Of a stretch of DNA of 64,000 nt, positions 56,236 through 64,000 are shown one piece after another; the first letter of the stretch is position 1; every line of letters starts with the position of its first letter. The DNA lies in the NCBI GenBank assembly GCA_944380355.1, contig CALWHJ010000007.1:8497-72496 (forward strand), read 5' to 3'. The stretch is from an uncultured Christensenellaceae bacterium (GTDB taxonomy: Bacteria > Bacillota > Clostridia > Christensenellales > UBA3700). A program made the position numbers and the translations under genes. The notes below the pieces were generated by a model that worked only from the letters and a program-made list of their open reading frames with translations, ran no database searches and was not told the DNA's origin.

Positions 56236-56775
56236 TTATTTTATTTGTTTGGAGTCGATTAAATTACCGTCGATATCCTTCAGGCACAGAAGTCCTTTGT
56301 CGAGAGTGAGATAGCTCGAAGGCGTATTGTCTTTAGGGAGCGAAACGGAGCCTGCGTTGGCTACCGTAACATTGTCAACCTCTGTGATAAAGCCCGTATG
56401 GAAATGCCCGTAGCAAAGCAAATCACCCGCATTGCAAGGCATATTGTCCTTGTTGTACTTATGTCCGTGAGTGAGCGTAACCTTTACGCCGTCGGCGCAA
56501 AGCTGTGCAAACTCAACAAAGTCGAATTCGCTTATCATCTGGTCAACTTCGCTGTCGCAGTTGCCTTTGACGACGAGAAGTTTGCTTTTCATAGCGTTGA
56601 AAATCTTTGCGACTTCCATAGGCGCATAGTCCTTGGGAAAAGGATTTCTCGGTCCGTGGTAATATATATCTCCCAGCAAAACGAGTAATTGCCCGCCTTC
56701 TCTTTCAAAAGCTTCTTTGACTTTATTCGCATAATAGGACGAGCCGTGCACGTCCGACGCAATAACAATTTTCAT
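56236..56775 (-). CDS. yfcE: YfcE-family metallophosphoesterase
   Basis: 179 aa. MKIVIASDVHGS, LGDIYYHGPRNP, GNCD and GHFH motifs. Confidence 0.85.
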   Translation of the reverse strand: MKIVIASDVHGSSYYANKVKEAFEREGGQLLVLLGDIYYHGPRNPFPKDYAPMEVAKIFNAMKSKLLVVKGNCDSEVDQMISEFDFVEFAQLCADGVKVTLTHGHKYNKDNMPCNAGDLLCYGHFHTGFITEVDNVTVANAGSVSLPKDNTPSSYLTLDKGLLCLKDIDGNLIDSKQIK

Positions 56776-56857
56776 ACTGTCTCCCTAGTTTAACAAGCCT
56801 TATGTATATCTATATATCGGTATAATGTCTGCTTTTTTATAGTCAAACTGCCCGATA

Positions 56858-58120
56858 TCAGTCTTCGAGAAGTTTTTCGGTGCAAGCGAGTTTTACGCAG
56901 CATACGAGAATTTGCGTAGCAACCTGCAAGTCGCTGTCCGACGTAAACGTAGGAGCAATTCTCAAAACGCTGTCGCTTACGTCCTTGCCGTAAGGGAAAG
57001 GCGCGCCCGCAGGAGTAAGCGTAAGTCCTGCCGCCTTGCAGAGGTTGTATACTCTCGTAGCGCAGTTGTCCATTACTTTGAGCGTAATGAAATATCCGCC
57101 GTTGGGATTGGTCCAAGTAGCTATACCGCTGTCCTCACCGAGATTGTCAACGAAAGCGTTGACGATAGCGTCGAATTTGGGTTTGATAACCGCTCTCTGC
57201 TTAGCCATAATAGCCTTGATATTGTCTACGCTCTTGAGGTAGAGGAAGTGTATGTACTGCCATACTTTGTTGTAGCTTATAGTCTGCATAGTCATATGCG
57301 AGAGAATATCCTTGACGTTGTTGACAGAGGCTGCAACACAGCTTACACCGCTACCCGCATAGGTAATCTTGGAAGTGGAAGTAAACTCGTATACTCTATC
57401 GGGGTTACCCGCTTTTTTGCAAAGTTCCATAATATTTGCAAGATGGTCGGTTTCGTCAAGCAAATCGTGTACTACGTAAGCATTATCCCAGAAAATTCTG
57501 AAGTCGCTTGCCTTGGTCTTCATAGAAGCAAGTCTTTCGACTACTCTGTCAGAATAAGTAATACCCGTAGGGTTGGAATACTTGGGCACGCACCACATAC
57601 CCTTGATGCTTTCGTCGTTAGCAACGAGTTGTTCTACCAAATCCATATTGGGACCTTCCTCGTCCATAGGTACGTTTATCATCTCGATTCCGAAGTGTTC
57701 GCAGATTGCAAAATGTCTGTCGTATCCGGGTACGGGACAGAGGAATTTCGCACCGACCTTGTTCCAGGGCTCGCCGCCGCATACGCCGAACTGCAAGTTT
57801 CTCTGAATAGTGTCGTACATAAGATTGAGCGAACTGCTTCCACCCATAATAACTTCACCGGCATCTACGCCGAGGATTTGCGCAAAGAGATTTTTCATCT
57901 CGGGAATACCGTCGAGCATACCGTAGTTGCGGTAACTCTTGGGCATATTCTCTATACCTTCGAGTTTGAGCATTTCGTTGGTAATGTCGAGCTGTTCGTT
58001 GCAAGGCTTACCTCTTGCGATATCTACCTTGTAGCCCTGAGATACGATAGAGTCGTACTCTGCTTTCTGACGGTTGTAGATTTGTTGAAGTTCTTCTTTT
58101 GATAACTGCTTAAAATTCAT
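56858..58120 (-). CDS. Class I/II PLP-dependent aminotransferase
   Basis: 420 aa. The fold-type I pattern and the SKITYAGSG segment (probable PLP-lysine region) are present. Substrate is not assignable from sequence alone. Confidence 0.8.
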   Translation of the reverse strand: MNFKQLSKEELQQIYNRQKAEYDSIVSQGYKVDIARGKPCNEQLDITNEMLKLEGIENMPKSYRNYGMLDGIPEMKNLFAQILGVDAGEVIMGGSSSLNLMYDTIQRNLQFGVCGGEPWNKVGAKFLCPVPGYDRHFAICEHFGIEMINVPMDEEGPNMDLVEQLVANDESIKGMWCVPKYSNPTGITYSDRVVERLASMKTKASDFRIFWDNAYVVHDLLDETDHLANIMELCKKAGNPDRVYEFTSTSKITYAGSGVSCVAASVNNVKDILSHMTMQTISYNKVWQYIHFLYLKSVDNIKAIMAKQRAVIKPKFDAIVNAFVDNLGEDSGIATWTNPNGGYFITLKVMDNCATRVYNLCKAAGLTLTPAGAPFPYGKDVSDSVLRIAPTFTSDSDLQVATQILVCCVKLACTEKLLED

Positions 58121-58362
58121 ATATTCACCTTCTGAGTATAAAATTTGTTTACTGTTTCAATCTTTAATATTTTATCACAATCGCATAGCGGTGGCAAGTT
58201 TATAAATAAACAATTTCTTCCACACGCGCGCTTATATGTACGCGCTTTAAGATAATAGATAATCGCCTGAAATATGTCGATTATTATCCTTCTGACAGTT
58301 GCGCTCCTTGTGCGGTATTGCGTTATGTTGTACTTTGCCCGTCCGATAGCGAACGCTTTACG

Positions 58363-59676
58363 TCAGTTTTCTTCCTTTCTGTTGCGCACCACAAGTCTTA
58401 TCGGCGTACCCTTGAATTCAAAGGTCTTTCTCAGAGTGTTTTCAAGATAACGCTGATAACTGAAGTGCATCAGTTTTGCATCGTTGACGAAAAATACGAA
58501 AGTGGGAGGACATACCCCGCTCTGCGTAACGTAATACACTTTGAGTTTTTTGCCGTTGTGAGAAGGAGGCTCGACAGCCACGATTGCATCGGTGATTACG
58601 TCGTTCAGCACGCCCGTAGCCACGCGCTTGGTAGCTTGCGCATATACCTCGAGAGCGAGAGAAAGTATCTTGTCTACTCTTTGACCCGTAAGCGCGGATA
58701 CGTATACGGGAACAAGATAGTCCATAAACTTCAAATCGCCCTGCATTTTCTTGTTGAAAGTATTTACGGTATAAGTATCTTTTTCGACAGCGTCCCACTT
58801 GTTCATAACAATTACGCTGGGCTTGCCTTGCTCGTGCACGTAACCGCAAATCTTTATATCCTGTTCGCTCATACCCTCTGCGGCGTCAACCACTATAAGC
58901 ACCACGTCGGCGCGACGTATTGCCGCAAGCGAACGCAATACAGAATACTGCTCTACTCCCTCGTCGACCGCACTTTTTTTGCGTATGCCGGCAGTATCGA
59001 TGATATTGAATTTATTCGAGTTCCACTCGAACGCCGTATCTATCGCGTCTCTCGTAGTACCTGCGATATCGCTGACTATTACTCTCTCGTATCCCAACAG
59101 CTTGTTGGTAAGACTGCTCTTACCCGCGTTAGGCTTGCCTACGATTGCGACGTCTATGACGTCGTCCTCTTGCTCGGCTTGTATTTTAGGCAGATTTTCC
59201 ACTACCAAATCGAGCAAATCTCCTATTCCTTTGGATTGCTCCGCCGATATTCCTACCACGTCGCCCACTCCCAAAGAATAGAAATCGTAAAGATTATCCT
59301 GTTCGTTATTGTCGAGTTTGTTTACCGCGACTATCACGGGCTTTTTGCTGGTGCGCAAAAAGTCTGCCACCTCCATATCGTTGGCGGTCATTCCCGCTTT
59401 GCCGTCCACGACAAAGATAACCTCTTCGGCTATCTCCACGGCTATTCTTGCCTGCTCGCGGATATGTCGCCACATCTTGTCTTCGCTCTTTATCTCCAGT
59501 CCGCCCGTATCTATAAGCGTAAAATTGAAACCGCACCACTCTGCATCGCAGTACAATCTGTCGCGCGTAACTCCTTCATAGTCTTCGACTATGCTTACTT
59601 TTTTTCCTACTATTCGGTTGAAAAGCGTAGACTTGCCTACGTTGGGTCTGCCTACTATCGCAACTAACGGTTTCAC
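58363..59676 (-). CDS. der: Ribosome biogenesis GTPase Der (EngA)
   Basis: 437 aa with two tandem G domains (GRPNVGKST and GKPNAGKSS) and a KH-like C-terminus. Confidence 0.95.
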   Translation of the reverse strand: MKPLVAIVGRPNVGKSTLFNRIVGKKVSIVEDYEGVTRDRLYCDAEWCGFNFTLIDTGGLEIKSEDKMWRHIREQARIAVEIAEEVIFVVDGKAGMTANDMEVADFLRTSKKPVIVAVNKLDNNEQDNLYDFYSLGVGDVVGISAEQSKGIGDLLDLVVENLPKIQAEQEDDVIDVAIVGKPNAGKSSLTNKLLGYERVIVSDIAGTTRDAIDTAFEWNSNKFNIIDTAGIRKKSAVDEGVEQYSVLRSLAAIRRADVVLIVVDAAEGMSEQDIKICGYVHEQGKPSVIVMNKWDAVEKDTYTVNTFNKKMQGDLKFMDYLVPVYVSALTGQRVDKILSLALEVYAQATKRVATGVLNDVITDAIVAVEPPSHNGKKLKVYYVTQSGVCPPTFVFFVNDAKLMHFSYQRYLENTLRKTFEFKGTPIRLVVRNRKEEN

Positions 59677-61001
59677 TTTGCCTTGCTCCTTTTGTTTTGG
59701 GGTTTATTTTGTTTTTCTTTGCACAGTCTGTCGATTATCTTCACGTAATCCTCTCCGCCGTGCGATACGACAATATGCGTACCGAGGGCTTTTTCAAGCT
59801 CGCTTACCGTAATGCCGTCGAGAAAAGTATCGGTAAATTCTCTGAGCATATTGGAAGGAATTATCGTATATTCGGGTGCGTCTTTGAATTGTTTTATTAT
59901 GTCGCCCGCGGTGATAAGTCCCGCCACCGTAATGCTTCTGCCGAAAAAGTCGTTGTAAATATCCTTGACGCGCAAATTGACGTTGGGATACTTGTCCTTC
60001 AGTTTTTCGCACAAGCTTTTGAGTATGTCTTTGAAAGACTGACCTGTGACGGACGCGATATTTAGCTCGGCTTTGCTTCCCCCGACTTCGTCGAGCGCGC
60101 TTAAAAATTCCTCTTCGAATTCCGCGCAAAGTCCCACGCCGTTTTCTATCTGGTCAAAATCTCCGTAACTTTCGTATGGCGGTAATTGCTTTTCGGCTTT
60201 TATATAGAACTCGTCGCTGCACCAGCAGAATTCCCCGCCCGCTTTTTTGTTGAAATCCTCTACCTGTGCAATAACCTTTACGGCGTCTTCCTTGCCGAAA
60301 CTCTCCAAAGGATAAAGCTTCTGTCTGTGTCCCGTAAGTCCCACGGGTATCACCGCTACCGTCTTGACCGAAGGATAGCGTTTGTACAATTCCTCGAGCG
60401 TCTTATCCAGCACTTTTCCGTCATTTAGATTTTTGCACAATACTATCTGCGTATGCATAGTAATGCCGTGATTTGCAAGAAAATCCATCTTATCGAAGAC
60501 TTTCGCACTCTCGGGATTGGATACAAGCTTTGTCTTTATCTCTCTGTCAAAAGCGTGTACGGATATATACAGCGGACTAAGTCTGAGTTTTGCTATTCTG
60601 TCAAGTTCTTTTTGACCTATATTGCTGAGCGTCACGTAATTGCCGCTGACAAAACTCAGTCTGTAATCGTCGTCCTTCACGTAAAGCGTATCGCGCATAC
60701 CCTTGGGAAGCTGGTCGACGAAGCAGAAAAGGCACTTGTTTTTGCATCGCATAGGCTCGAGCTGAACGCTCTCGTCAAGCTCCAATCCCAAAGATTCGTC
60801 CTCTTCTTTTTCTATGTCTATATCGACCTTTTCGCCCTGCTTGGTGCGCAGGTTGAGAGTAAACTCCTCTTGCGAATCGTAAAAAGCGTAGTCAAGCACG
60901 TCAACGATTTGCTCACCGTTGAAGCCTAAGAGTTCGTCGCCGATTTCCATTCCTAATTCTTCGCCTATTCCGCCTTTCTGAACGGCAATGATTTTAGCCA
61001 T
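59673..61001 (-). CDS. DUF512 radical-SAM-related protein with an N-terminal PDZ-like domain
   Basis: 442 aa. CKNKCLFC (CxxxCxxC) motif and PDZ-like start MAKIIAVQKGGIGEELGMEIGDELLGFNG. It overlaps the der start by 4 nt, a common Clostridial pairing. Confidence 0.8.
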   Translation of the reverse strand: MAKIIAVQKGGIGEELGMEIGDELLGFNGEQIVDVLDYAFYDSQEEFTLNLRTKQGEKVDIDIEKEEDESLGLELDESVQLEPMRCKNKCLFCFVDQLPKGMRDTLYVKDDDYRLSFVSGNYVTLSNIGQKELDRIAKLRLSPLYISVHAFDREIKTKLVSNPESAKVFDKMDFLANHGITMHTQIVLCKNLNDGKVLDKTLEELYKRYPSVKTVAVIPVGLTGHRQKLYPLESFGKEDAVKVIAQVEDFNKKAGGEFCWCSDEFYIKAEKQLPPYESYGDFDQIENGVGLCAEFEEEFLSALDEVGGSKAELNIASVTGQSFKDILKSLCEKLKDKYPNVNLRVKDIYNDFFGRSITVAGLITAGDIIKQFKDAPEYTIIPSNMLREFTDTFLDGITVSELEKALGTHIVVSHGGEDYVKIIDRLCKEKQNKPQNKRSKAK

Positions 61002-61103
61002 ATAGCCTCCGTTTTCTCCAATTATTATATATTAACGCGCGCCGTATGTAAAGTATTTGTCGCAACTTCTCATATTACGCGCGAATAGGCACATAACAAA
61101 GTT

Positions 61104-61652
61104 ATGGTAGTTTTGCCCGCGCTTTTGACGCTGTACTTTGTTTTTACGTATATATCGTCGCTCAGACTCTTTGTAAAAAGAGCCGTGCTTGCCGTAATTG
61201 CTTTTTGGTGTACTTCGGCAGACGTTATATCTAACGGCGCGGTGATTACCTCGCTTTTTCTGACCGTATATTCGGTAATGTTACTGATTAGCACTCCCGT
61301 CAAGGCAAGCGATTGGCTGATGTTTTTGACAGGACTTTTTGCTTGCGTCTTTTTCCTCTCGATGAGCGAATTCAAAGACGGTTATGCACTCTCGCACGTA
61401 GCAGTATCCGTGGCAATAGCAATATATTCTTTTGCCGCTTTTACCCCCTCTTCTCGTCAGTCGATGGCTGTAATAATGCTCTGCGCTTGCTTATTGCTCA
61501 CCTCTTCTAGCGGTATTCCTCTTAGAGCGTACGAATTGCTTACGGCTTTTTTCGTAGTATTCGCATTGACGGAGAATTATCAAAACCACGAAAGATTTTA
61601 CCTCTTTTCCAAAGGAAACGTGCTCCCTCTTTTTTCTCAGTCAGCACTTTGA
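61104..61652 (+). CDS. Hypothetical multi-pass membrane protein (weak call)
   Basis: 182-aa ORF with about 5 hydrophobic helices and a hairpin with T-run downstream. No convincing RBS. The competing minus-strand ORF 61070-61375 looks less protein-like. Confidence 0.4.
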   Translation: MVVLPALLTLYFVFTYISSLRLFVKRAVLAVIAFWCTSADVISNGAVITSLFLTVYSVMLLISTPVKASDWLMFLTGLFACVFFLSMSEFKDGYALSHVAVSVAIAIYSFAAFTPSSRQSMAVIMLCACLLLTSSSGIPLRAYELLTAFFVVFALTENYQNHERFYLFSKGNVLPLFSQSAL

Positions 61653-61661
61653 CTCATTTAT

Positions 61662-61695
61662 TAAAAACGCGGGATAATCTGTACGATTTCCCGCA
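61662..61695 (-). terminator. Rho-independent terminator after ppiB (bidirectional)
   Basis: Minus strand reads GCGGGA-aaucguacagauua-UCCCGC followed by GUUUUUAAU. The plus strand has AUUUUCU after the same stem. Confidence 0.7.
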
Positions 61696-61753
61696 TTTTC
61701 TATACGTTATTCCGCGCCGAATCTCAATAAGAGTTTTTGGCAGTAAAGAGCTA

Positions 61754-62248
61754 TTACGCTCTTACGATTTGTTTGATTACGATAGGGTCGTAAGGCACGT
61801 CATCGTAATATCCTACGCTTACTGTCTTTACTTTTGAGATATCTACGGCAACTTTTATGCTCTCCTCGTCCGTAAGTTCGCCGAAAGCTGCATATTGTCC
61901 GTCAAGAAACGAGCAATCTTCTACACAAATAAAAAACTGCGAAGAAGCACTGTCGGGTACGTTGGTACGCGCCATAGAAAGAGTACCTACCTTGTGCTCT
62001 AAAGGATTGTTTACGCCGTTGGCTCTGAACTCACCCTTTATTGCTTTTGTGTCCTTAGGACACAATGAAGCGTCCATACCGCCTCCCTGAATCATAAATC
62101 CGGGAATTACTCTGTGAAAAATAAGTCCGTTGAAAAAGCTTTTGTCGATAAGCTTGAGAAAGTTATCGACCGTAACGGGTGCCGCACTCTCGTCCAAAGA
62201 AGCGTTCATAACCCTGCCGTCTGTAAGTTGAATTTGTATTTTTACCAT
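61754..62248 (-). CDS. ppiB: Cyclophilin-type peptidyl-prolyl cis-trans isomerase
   Basis: 164 aa. FHRVIPGFMIQGG and SQFFI motifs. Confidence 0.9.
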   Translation of the reverse strand: MVKIQIQLTDGRVMNASLDESAAPVTVDNFLKLIDKSFFNGLIFHRVIPGFMIQGGGMDASLCPKDTKAIKGEFRANGVNNPLEHKVGTLSMARTNVPDSASSQFFICVEDCSFLDGQYAAFGELTDEESIKVAVDISKVKTVSVGYYDDVPYDPIVIKQIVRA

Positions 62249-62569
62249 ATATCCTCCGAGTCGCAGCCTAAAGGCTTTGACTAATTTAGCTTGGATTTTA
62301 TTTTTGTACAGTCTAGCAACTTCATCTTGAACTTTAAGTTCTCAAAATTTGTCCTGCTATCACTTTTTCGTTTTCTTCTGTTCCCCCTAAACTCTATCAT
62401 CTCTACCGCAAAACGCGGCGAGAGCATGGCGATAAGCGCGAGATTTTTTGATTATTTTCGTCGAGGAAGAAGAGGTAATACTTGCCGTATTACGATGATG
62501 ACGAGTCGAAAAGAGCGGAAAAGATACGCTTAGCGACTGCTTGAGCCGCGCTTTTGCGGTATCAAAAAA

Positions 62570-62857
62570 TCAATACTGATAATCTACGCTGTGAGATTTC
62601 TCGACTACGCTTTTTACGTATTCCATTACGGGCAAATGTACGGGGTGTACTCTGTATTTTTCCAAATCTTCCATTGATTTGAATTCGCACACGAGTACCA
62701 CGTCAAAACTTCTGTCCGACTTAATCTCGTCTACTCCCGACTGTATGTCGACAAGCAAATCAATCTTGCCTTTCATAGACAAAAACTTTTCTTTCAAAGC
62801 CTGCTTGTTGATTTCGGTAGGCTCTTTGAGTTTGTACATAACGATATGCTTTACCAT
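62570..62857 (-). CDS. Dabb (stress-responsive alpha/beta barrel) family protein
   Basis: 95 aa. The MVKHIVMYKL start and the size fit the Dabb domain. Confidence 0.75.
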   Translation of the reverse strand: MVKHIVMYKLKEPTEINKQALKEKFLSMKGKIDLLVDIQSGVDEIKSDRSFDVVLVCEFKSMEDLEKYRVHPVHLPVMEYVKSVVEKSHSVDYQY

Positions 62858-62858
62858 A

Positions 62859-64000
62859 TTAACCTCTGCCTCTTCTTTTATGTTTTTCGTCTTTGATTTC
62901 GATTTCTACTATATCGTCCTCGTCGCTCTTGATTTTATCTTCCAAAGCGTTGGGATTGACGCCGGCGTCAATCATATCGAGTATCTGCAAAAACTTCTCG
63001 CAACCGTCATTGGTAAATCGGTTTTCGCAGTGCTTTATCCACGTCTTGAGGTCTTTGAGATAACCTGCCATAGCTATCTTTATTCTCTCGTTGCTTATAC
63101 CCGAATACGCATAACCACCCGATACGAGATACTTGCTGTTTTTGGTCTCCACGTTGTTTACGCTGTCCATAAGTATGAGAGGTATCTTTCGCATTATCGC
63201 TTCGAAACAAATCGTCGCGGTAGGCGCGGCAATGAGATAGTCGGTAATGCGGTATACGGAATTAAGCCCTTTGACGTTGTCGGCAAAGTAAATATTTCCC
63301 GTACACTCGTTTTTCTTGCTCCACTTGGAGAATTTTCTGTATATGGACTTGTTGCCGTTGGTGATAACGAGTATATTGCAGTCCTTAAACTGCGCTACGT
63401 CTTTGAGTGCGTTGTAAGTGTACTTAGAGCCGTATCTGCCGCCCAAAACGGTTATTACGGGAAGCTTGTTGCGGATATTAAACTTATTGCGGATATCCTC
63501 TGCGCTTTCGTGAATCTCTGCTACCGCGACGTCCTTATTCTGCACGCCTTCTTCACCGCTATCGCTCTTTTTGGAGATTTTGACCTTGTTTTTAGTCTTA
63601 TCGCTTTCCATCGTCTCGTCCAGATCGACGGGCATATTTATGAGATAAATCTTGTCCTCGGATATTCCTCTCTCCATAAGAGCGGCTCTTGTCTTTTCGG
63701 TAATGACGAAATAGCCGTCCACGTAGATATTGATAAAGTTATGCTGAAGGTCGTAGTCTGTAATCAATGCAAAAATCTTACCGCTGAGATTATATTTTTC
63801 TCTCGCAAGTATTGCCCTTTTGATTGCGTATTGAGACGTACAAACGGTATATTCCGCGTCATAGCGCATACAAATATTTTCGAGTTTTCTCAAACGCGCA
63901 AAATGCTCGGACGTAGGCTTGAAGTTGACTTCGTTGCCGTCGCTGTCCTTTTTTCTTTCCACTTCCGCCGACGGCCAGTTGACCAAAAGGTTGTTGAAAA
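62859..64000 (-). CDS. GT28-type glycosyltransferase (MGDG synthase / UgtP-like), N-terminus outside the window
   Basis: The frame stays open to the window edge (…FNNLLVNWPSAEV…). The C-terminal Rossmann domain has the pattern ...ITDYLIAAPTATICFEAIMRKIPLIL..., a Lys-rich linker and a charged C-terminal tail. Confidence 0.65.
   Translation of the reverse strand, partial: FNNLLVNWPSAEVERKKDSDGNEVNFKPTSEHFARLRKLENICMRYDAEYTVCTSQYAIKRAILAREKYNLSGKIFALITDYDLQHNFINIYVDGYFVITEKTRAALMERGISEDKIYLINMPVDLDETMESDKTKNKVKISKKSDSGEEGVQNKDVAVAEIHESAEDIRNKFNIRNKLPVITVLGGRYGSKYTYNALKDVAQFKDCNILVITNGNKSIYRKFSKWSKKNECTGNIYFADNVKGLNSVYRITDYLIAAPTATICFEAIMRKIPLILMDSVNNVETKNSKYLVSGGYAYSGISNERIKIAMAGYLKDLKTWIKHCENRFTNDGCEKFLQILDMIDAGVNPNALEDKIKSDEDDIVEIEIKDEKHKRRGRG

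Noticed and set aside
61070-61375. Minus-strand 101-aa ORF competing with the 61104-61652 plus-strand ORF
   Set aside because: No RBS, and it would leave a poor fit between DUF512 and ppiB. The plus-strand membrane-protein reading is somewhat more protein-like, but even that is only a 0.4-confidence call.
62291-62533. 80-aa plus-strand ORF in the ppiB-Dabb spacer
   Set aside because: No RBS and a low-complexity translation. The region is better explained by a diverged copy of the hairpin repeat (62455-62525).

Overview
This window is a 64-kb chromosomal segment, most likely from a spore-forming Clostridia-type Firmicute. The evidence for that is spoIVA, a BclA-C-terminal-domain protein, and the gene orders obg-yhbY-nadD/yqeK-rsfS and tsaE-tsaB-rimI. 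About 90 percent of the genes are on the minus strand and almost all are housekeeping genes. They include: a purine operon (purE-C-M-N-H-D-L, no purF/purK/purB); icd; ddl-murF; t6A genes; an FMN-riboswitch-controlled ribU; nfnAB-like oxidoreductase; nth; purA; a P-type ATPase; a shikimate/aromatic operon (aroB-aroA-aroC-pheA-aroE/K-aroQ-tyrA); a MATE exporter; T-box-controlled leuA; DUF47-PiT phosphate uptake; spoIVA; an [FeFe]-hydrogenase-like gene; and der. I found no rRNA, tRNA, CRISPR array, transposase, integrase or recognisable defence system. The unusual content is almost entirely non-coding. (1) Four perfect co-oriented DnaA boxes with an adjacent AT-rich tract lie upstream of the purine operon. 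(2) A modular GC-rich hairpin repeat family forms roughly 300-bp inverted repeats around a 5-kb gene block (46.45-51.75 kb). Copies of it sit flush against stop codons, and its hairpin stems show compensatory substitutions. (3) A gene-free, AT-rich gap of about 1.4 kb (33.75-35.2 kb) carries repeated palindromic motifs. Several protein architectures are also atypical: MurF with a polytopic membrane N-terminus, a NadD-YqeK fusion, an AroE-AroK fusion, a P-type ATPase with a ~230-aa Lys-rich N-terminal extension, a Cys-rich BclA-CTD protein, and a hydrolase that seems to need an ATT start. All protein calls rest on recognising family motifs in the supplied translations. No database search was run, so functional names are expert recall, not computed hits.
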